Source of the DNA: Mobula hypostoma
Lineage: Eukaryota
Assembly (NCBI RefSeq): GCF_963921235.1
Contig: NC_086109.1
Location: forward strand, 16,866,001 to 16,930,000
DNA length: 64,000 nucleotides
Direction: 5' to 3'
This document shows positions 59,976 through 64,000 of this stretch, piece by piece (within the stretch, counting starts at the first letter, position 1; every line of letters begins with the position of its first letter). The position numbers were made by a program, and so were the translations under genes. The notes beneath the pieces were generated by a model. It saw nothing but the letters and a program-made list of their open reading frames with translations. It had not been told where the DNA came from and searched no databases.

Positions 59976-61339
59976 GATTCTGAAATGGGTCTCTACCGTG
60001 GACTGACAGTGGGCAGGGAGGGAGGAATTATGGTTGGGAAAAGAGGAAGGGAGAGGGGGAGGGAGCAGGATTCAACAAAAAGACATTCTATAATGATCAA
60101 TAAACCAATTGTTTGGAATCACATGACCTTGCCTGGCCTCTCAGGGCTGGGTGTGTCTGCACCCCTGCCTCCCCAGCCACACCCCCCACCCCTGATACTC
60201 CTTCTCTGCCACCTTTCCCACAATCCTCCTGCAATTCTACACAAAGGACAATGGCTGTGATTGTCAAAGATCAATTATCTTTCCCTTTCCCTCACTCACT
60301 ACTGCTGGAGGGTGCTGACGTCTTGGTTTAAAGGACATAATCTGAGGATTGGTCTCTGTAGTTGATGTTATGATGTTTTTCTGGTTTCTACTGCTCCTTT
60401 TTTGTTGCTATTTTGTGCAACCTTGATCGGGGCAAACTGGTTCTGCAGTCTGCAGTCAACAAACAACACAGCACTAAATTGAACTGAACTGAACTAAACT
60501 TTATGAACATTCCTAGACTGTTTCAATGCTTTTGATCTTTTCTATTCTGTGTTTTTTGCTTGCTTTTTGCCCTTGGCGTGGTTTGTTTCTTTTTTTTTGC
60601 AGGTCGGTTGTTTGACATCTCCTTTGATCGGGTTCCATGGTGTTTCTTTGTGTTGTGGCTGTCTGTGAGGAAGACTAATCTCAGGGTTGCATACCACATA
60701 CATACATTGATAATAAATGCACCTCAGATCTTTAAACCTTTTTCCCAGGGTCGCAATTGTGTTAATTTCAGGATGTTTGGAGGAAAGCATAGAGGGGATA
60801 TCAGAGATTTTTTTACACAGAGTAGTAATTGTCTGGATGCACTGCTGTGGGTGGTGGGTGAGGCTGATACGTTAGGGGCATTTAAGAGATTCTTAGATAA
60901 GCACATGGGCTGTGGGGTATGTGGGAGGGAAAGGTTAGATTGATCTTGGAGCAAGTTAAGAGGTTAGCACAACATCATGACCAAAGGGCCTATACTGCGT
61001 CGTAATGTTCTGGATTCTTTGCAGCATGCCTACCGCAAGGCCGACTGTAGATAACACTCAGGCAAGAGACAATAAGTTGTGAATAAAATCTACGTCATAG
61101 AAATACCAGAAATTATCTATCTACAATACGAGAAAGAACCATACTGTCAGTTGCCAACATCAACTTCCTGGTGGTCATCAATTGGCAAAAACCTCAAATG
61201 GTCCAGTCACTTCAGCTACAAGAGGGAATCAGAAGCTGGGTAACCTATGTGAGTGATTCACATCTTCAGACTCCATGACCTTTCCTCCATCTACAGTTTA
61301 TCCTTTGCTTTTCTACACCTGGATGATTTTCACACACAT

Positions 61340-61700
61340 GAAACGCTCAGAGGACTGTAGACTCAGTCATGTCCATTATGGCCACTAGCCTCCCTACCAT
61401 CGAGGATATCTTCAAAAGGCAGTGCTTCAGGAAGGGAGAATCCATCAGGAAGGACACTCGTCTTCCAGCACATGCTCTCATCTCATTTCTATCATTAGGG
61501 AGGAAGTAGAACAGCCTGAAGATCCACACTCAAAATTTTAGGAACAGTTTCTTCCCTTCTACCATCAGATATCTGAACCCACGATCACCACCTCTCTATT
61601 TTATTCTCTTTTTGCAAAATTTTTTAAAAAATTTATTTAAATTTATAGTTTTTGACTGTATTTCGCTGTATTGCTGCTGTAAAACAAAAAAAAAATCATG
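61340..61700 (+). mobile_element. Rex1/Babar-like 3' fragment
   Basis: ctccctaccatcgaggatatcttc...aggaacagtttcttcccttctaccatcaga. Confidence 0.65.
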
Positions 61701-61754
61701 ACACCACGTGCAGGCTCTTCTCTGAACCATACAACACCACTGATTTGCAAGTCC

Positions 61755-61930
61755 ATTCAGTGGCCACTTTATTAGGTATCCCTGTACACCTCCTCGTTCA
61801 TGCAAGTAGCTAATCAGCCAATCAGGAGGCGGCAACTCAATGCATAGCAACATGCTGGCATGGTCAAGAGGTTCAGTTCTTGTTCAGACCAAACATCAGG
61901 GTGAGGAAGAGAAGTGATCTTTGGATTGTG
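61755..61930 (+). mobile_element. Tc1-like 5' end fragment (second family)
   Basis: ttcagtggccactttattaggtat..cagccaatca..ggtcaagaggttcagtt..gttcagaccaaacatcag. Confidence 0.62.
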
Positions 61931-62557
61931 GAGACCTTGAAAGTGAGTCAAAAGGTCATATAATCAGTTCAGAGTTATGGTCAGTGAAATGATCCACACT
62001 GATTCAGGTCATCATATTATCACAATTCCAAGACTTTCTACTGTATTAAGAAAAAATAACAGAAATCTAATCAATTTTTACTTTCTGGGAAGCTGACAGA
62101 TCTATTAGCATTTTCACCCTATTTGGGAATGCCTTCTAAATTGATCCAGGGTCTGCTTGAGATCAAGTGACTTGTAACTGATCTTGGTTTTGTCTATATC
62201 ATAAATTTAGCCATAGATTCCACAGTCATGCACAGATCGACTTTTGTGTTAAATAAAATGCTCCTTGTGCTTCAGGAATATAACAACAGAAGTCGATCTT
62301 TCAAGCTTGAAAATGATCAATTCGATGGTCCTGTTCCCCACATTAGGAATGGAGAAAGATATGCTGGCCTTGCTTGCGAATCAAACATCCTAAAAATATC
62401 AAGGCATAAAAATAGTTCCAAATCCATTTGGCTGCTTTCAGTTTTGCCTATTGCTTTTGTTTCATATGAGAGGCATAGAAAAGATAAATAAACAGTTTCT
62501 GTTTCCCATAGCTGGGTTGCCTATTGTAGTAACTTCTACTTTGGAAAAGGGACACTG

Positions 62558-62763
62558 ACAACTTCATTCCCAAAGAAACAACTTTATCTCAAATGTCAAA
62601 ACCGTTATGTATATACAGAGGCTTTTACAACCCGTACGGCATGGCGGGTACACCAAATACAACTTCATGCCCAAAGAAACAACTTTATCTCGAATGTCAA
62701 AACCGTTATGTATATACAGAGGCTTTTACAACCCGTACGGCATGGCAGGAACACCATATACAA
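62558..62763 (+). repeat. Tandem duplication, 2 x 101 bp
   Basis: acaacttcattcccaaagaaacaactttatctc..aaccgttatgtatatacagaggcttttacaacccgtacggcatggc repeated at an offset of 101. Confidence 0.9.
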
Positions 62764-63410
62764 AGCACGCTGGAAGTAGAAAGAAGGGAAGTAAAACCCC
62801 CCATTATCCTAATTAGTATTAACTTACTTTTAATAATGCTCACATTACAACACCAATAACCAGAGGTCATAGAGTTAAGGTGAATGGGAGGAGGTTTAAA
62901 GATGTATGAAAGGAGTTGGATTAAAGGACTAAAGTCTTTACAGCTTGATCAGGTGGAATGAGCTGCTAGAGTTGGTGGTAGGGGCAGGAAGATCTGAACA
63001 GGGACCTGATTGCAGCCAAGTCAAACTTATGGTCACAGCGAGGTGCAGGAGCAATGAAAAACTTGCAGCAGTATCTCAGGCACAAAGGTACAGACAACAC
63101 ATAGAACAGAAGCTACATAAGATGCTGAAGTAAAAGCCTAGACAAAACAAGATATTTGTGTAAAAAAACATAAACAGTGACAAGTCCATGGTCCATGTTA
63201 CCTCGAAATGATCATTGTTACCTGCACTACACTTTTTCAGTAACTTTTATATTATTATTAAATAAATAACTTTATTAACTTTTATTTTATTCTGCATTGT
63301 TATTGGTTTACCTTCTTCCGGCTTAACGCATTGTTTAATGTGTAAACAGTACGCAAGACAAGCTTTTCACAATATCTTGGTACATCTGACAATATTAAAC
63401 CAATATCAAT

Positions 63411-63602
63411 AGTGCGCTGGCCTGTGGTATAGTGTCATCAACACCAGACTTCGAGGCGAGTGGTCCCAGGTTCGAATCCGGCCGGTACCCTGCACACTTT
63501 CCATCCGTGCTGGGTTGAGCGTCAAGCTAGTAACACAGCCTCGTGCTAAAGAAAAGGCAAAGTTGCCACCACAGGGCGCGGAGAGGAACAATAGCAACAA
63601 AA
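63411..63602 (+). mobile_element. Second tRNA-derived SINE family
   Basis: A box tggtatagtg, B box ggttcgaatcc, body tgctgggttgagcgtcaagctag, (aac)n-like tail. A reverse copy lies at 50770-50987. Confidence 0.75.
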
Positions 63603-63944
63603 CCAATAACGTTCCATTGCTGATGTAGGACTAGGGTTGTGCAGGTCAGTTCAAGAACCTGATGGTTGTAGAAGGGTAATTAATCCAGAACTTGGTGGCA
63701 CTGAAAATCTGGAGACCATGGGATTAACACAGGCAAGTGGGATTATTATATATAGCCACGATGGCCGGCATAGATGCAGTGGGCCAAAGGGCCTGTTTCT
63801 ATACTGTACAATTCTCTGATTCTCTGACTCAATTCTTAGTTCTTTCTTTCTCAACTCTAGATTTTTTTCTCCCATTATTTATTTTCTATACCTTAAGGTC
63901 TACAGCTGAGGCAGGCTTTGAAAATTCTTTGCATCAGCCTGTTT

Positions 63945-64000
63945 CCCCCCTTTGCTACTTTTCCCGAAGTCTTCTGCTTTACCAACTCCTCCGGTTCCAG
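63945..64000 (+). other. Probable polypyrimidine tract and splice acceptor of the next CNTN2 exon (first FNIII), at the window edge
   Basis: Pyrimidine-rich run ending ...ccggttccag at base 64000. No GPPGPPGG-type exon was found between 54295 and 64000. Confidence 0.45.

Noticed and set aside
62558..62763. CRISPR-like array or coding repeat (MSKPLCIYRGFYNPYGMAGTP)
   Set aside because: Only two adjacent units with no spacers and no cas genes, in a vertebrate intron context.
63411..63490. Genuine tRNA gene
   Set aside because: It has A and B boxes but continues into a SINE body and tail, has a diverged second copy at 50770-50987, and shows no convincing acceptor stem.
83..63875. Most short ORFs in the six-frame track as independent genes
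   Set aside because: They are antisense or off-frame reads of TE fragments, or random intronic ORFs. Many start at non-ATG codons and none forms a coherent spliced gene.
54295..63940. First FNIII exon of CNTN2 inside the window
   Set aside because: No GPPGPPGG/LSWSRGFDNHSPI-like coding stretch was seen; it probably starts just beyond base 64000.

Overview
Eukaryotic (vertebrate) genomic DNA. The repeat landscape (CR1 LINEs with TTCTATG-type tails, V-domain tRNA SINEs, Rex1/Babar fragments, Penelope ends) points to a cartilaginous fish, which is an inference. The window is the interior of a plus-strand contactin-2 (CNTN2/TAG-1/axonin-1) gene. Nine coding exons (414-623, 22910-23015, 30331-30512, 42408-42544, 44530-44659, 45698-45848, 48663-48790, 49422-49597, 54174-54294) have GT-AG borders and compatible phases. 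They join into 1341 nt (447 codons) covering the second half of Ig2 through Ig6. The window ends on a probable acceptor for the first FNIII exon. Introns are filled with transposons, including a near-intact full-length CR1 (about 34.2-38.7 kb). The most notable signal is at that CR1's ORF1/ORF2 junction: a T_TTA_AAC -1 frameshift slippery heptamer sits directly before the ORF1 stop, ORF2 is in the -1 frame and has no AUG until inside the endonuclease, and a divergent CR1 copy keeps the same heptamer. Other signals are many decayed Penelope-borne hammerhead ribozyme motifs, inverted near-identical CR1 pairs flanking exon blocks, and an extra cysteine pair in CNTN2 Ig4. Repeat boundaries are approximate and were read by eye; no database searches were run.
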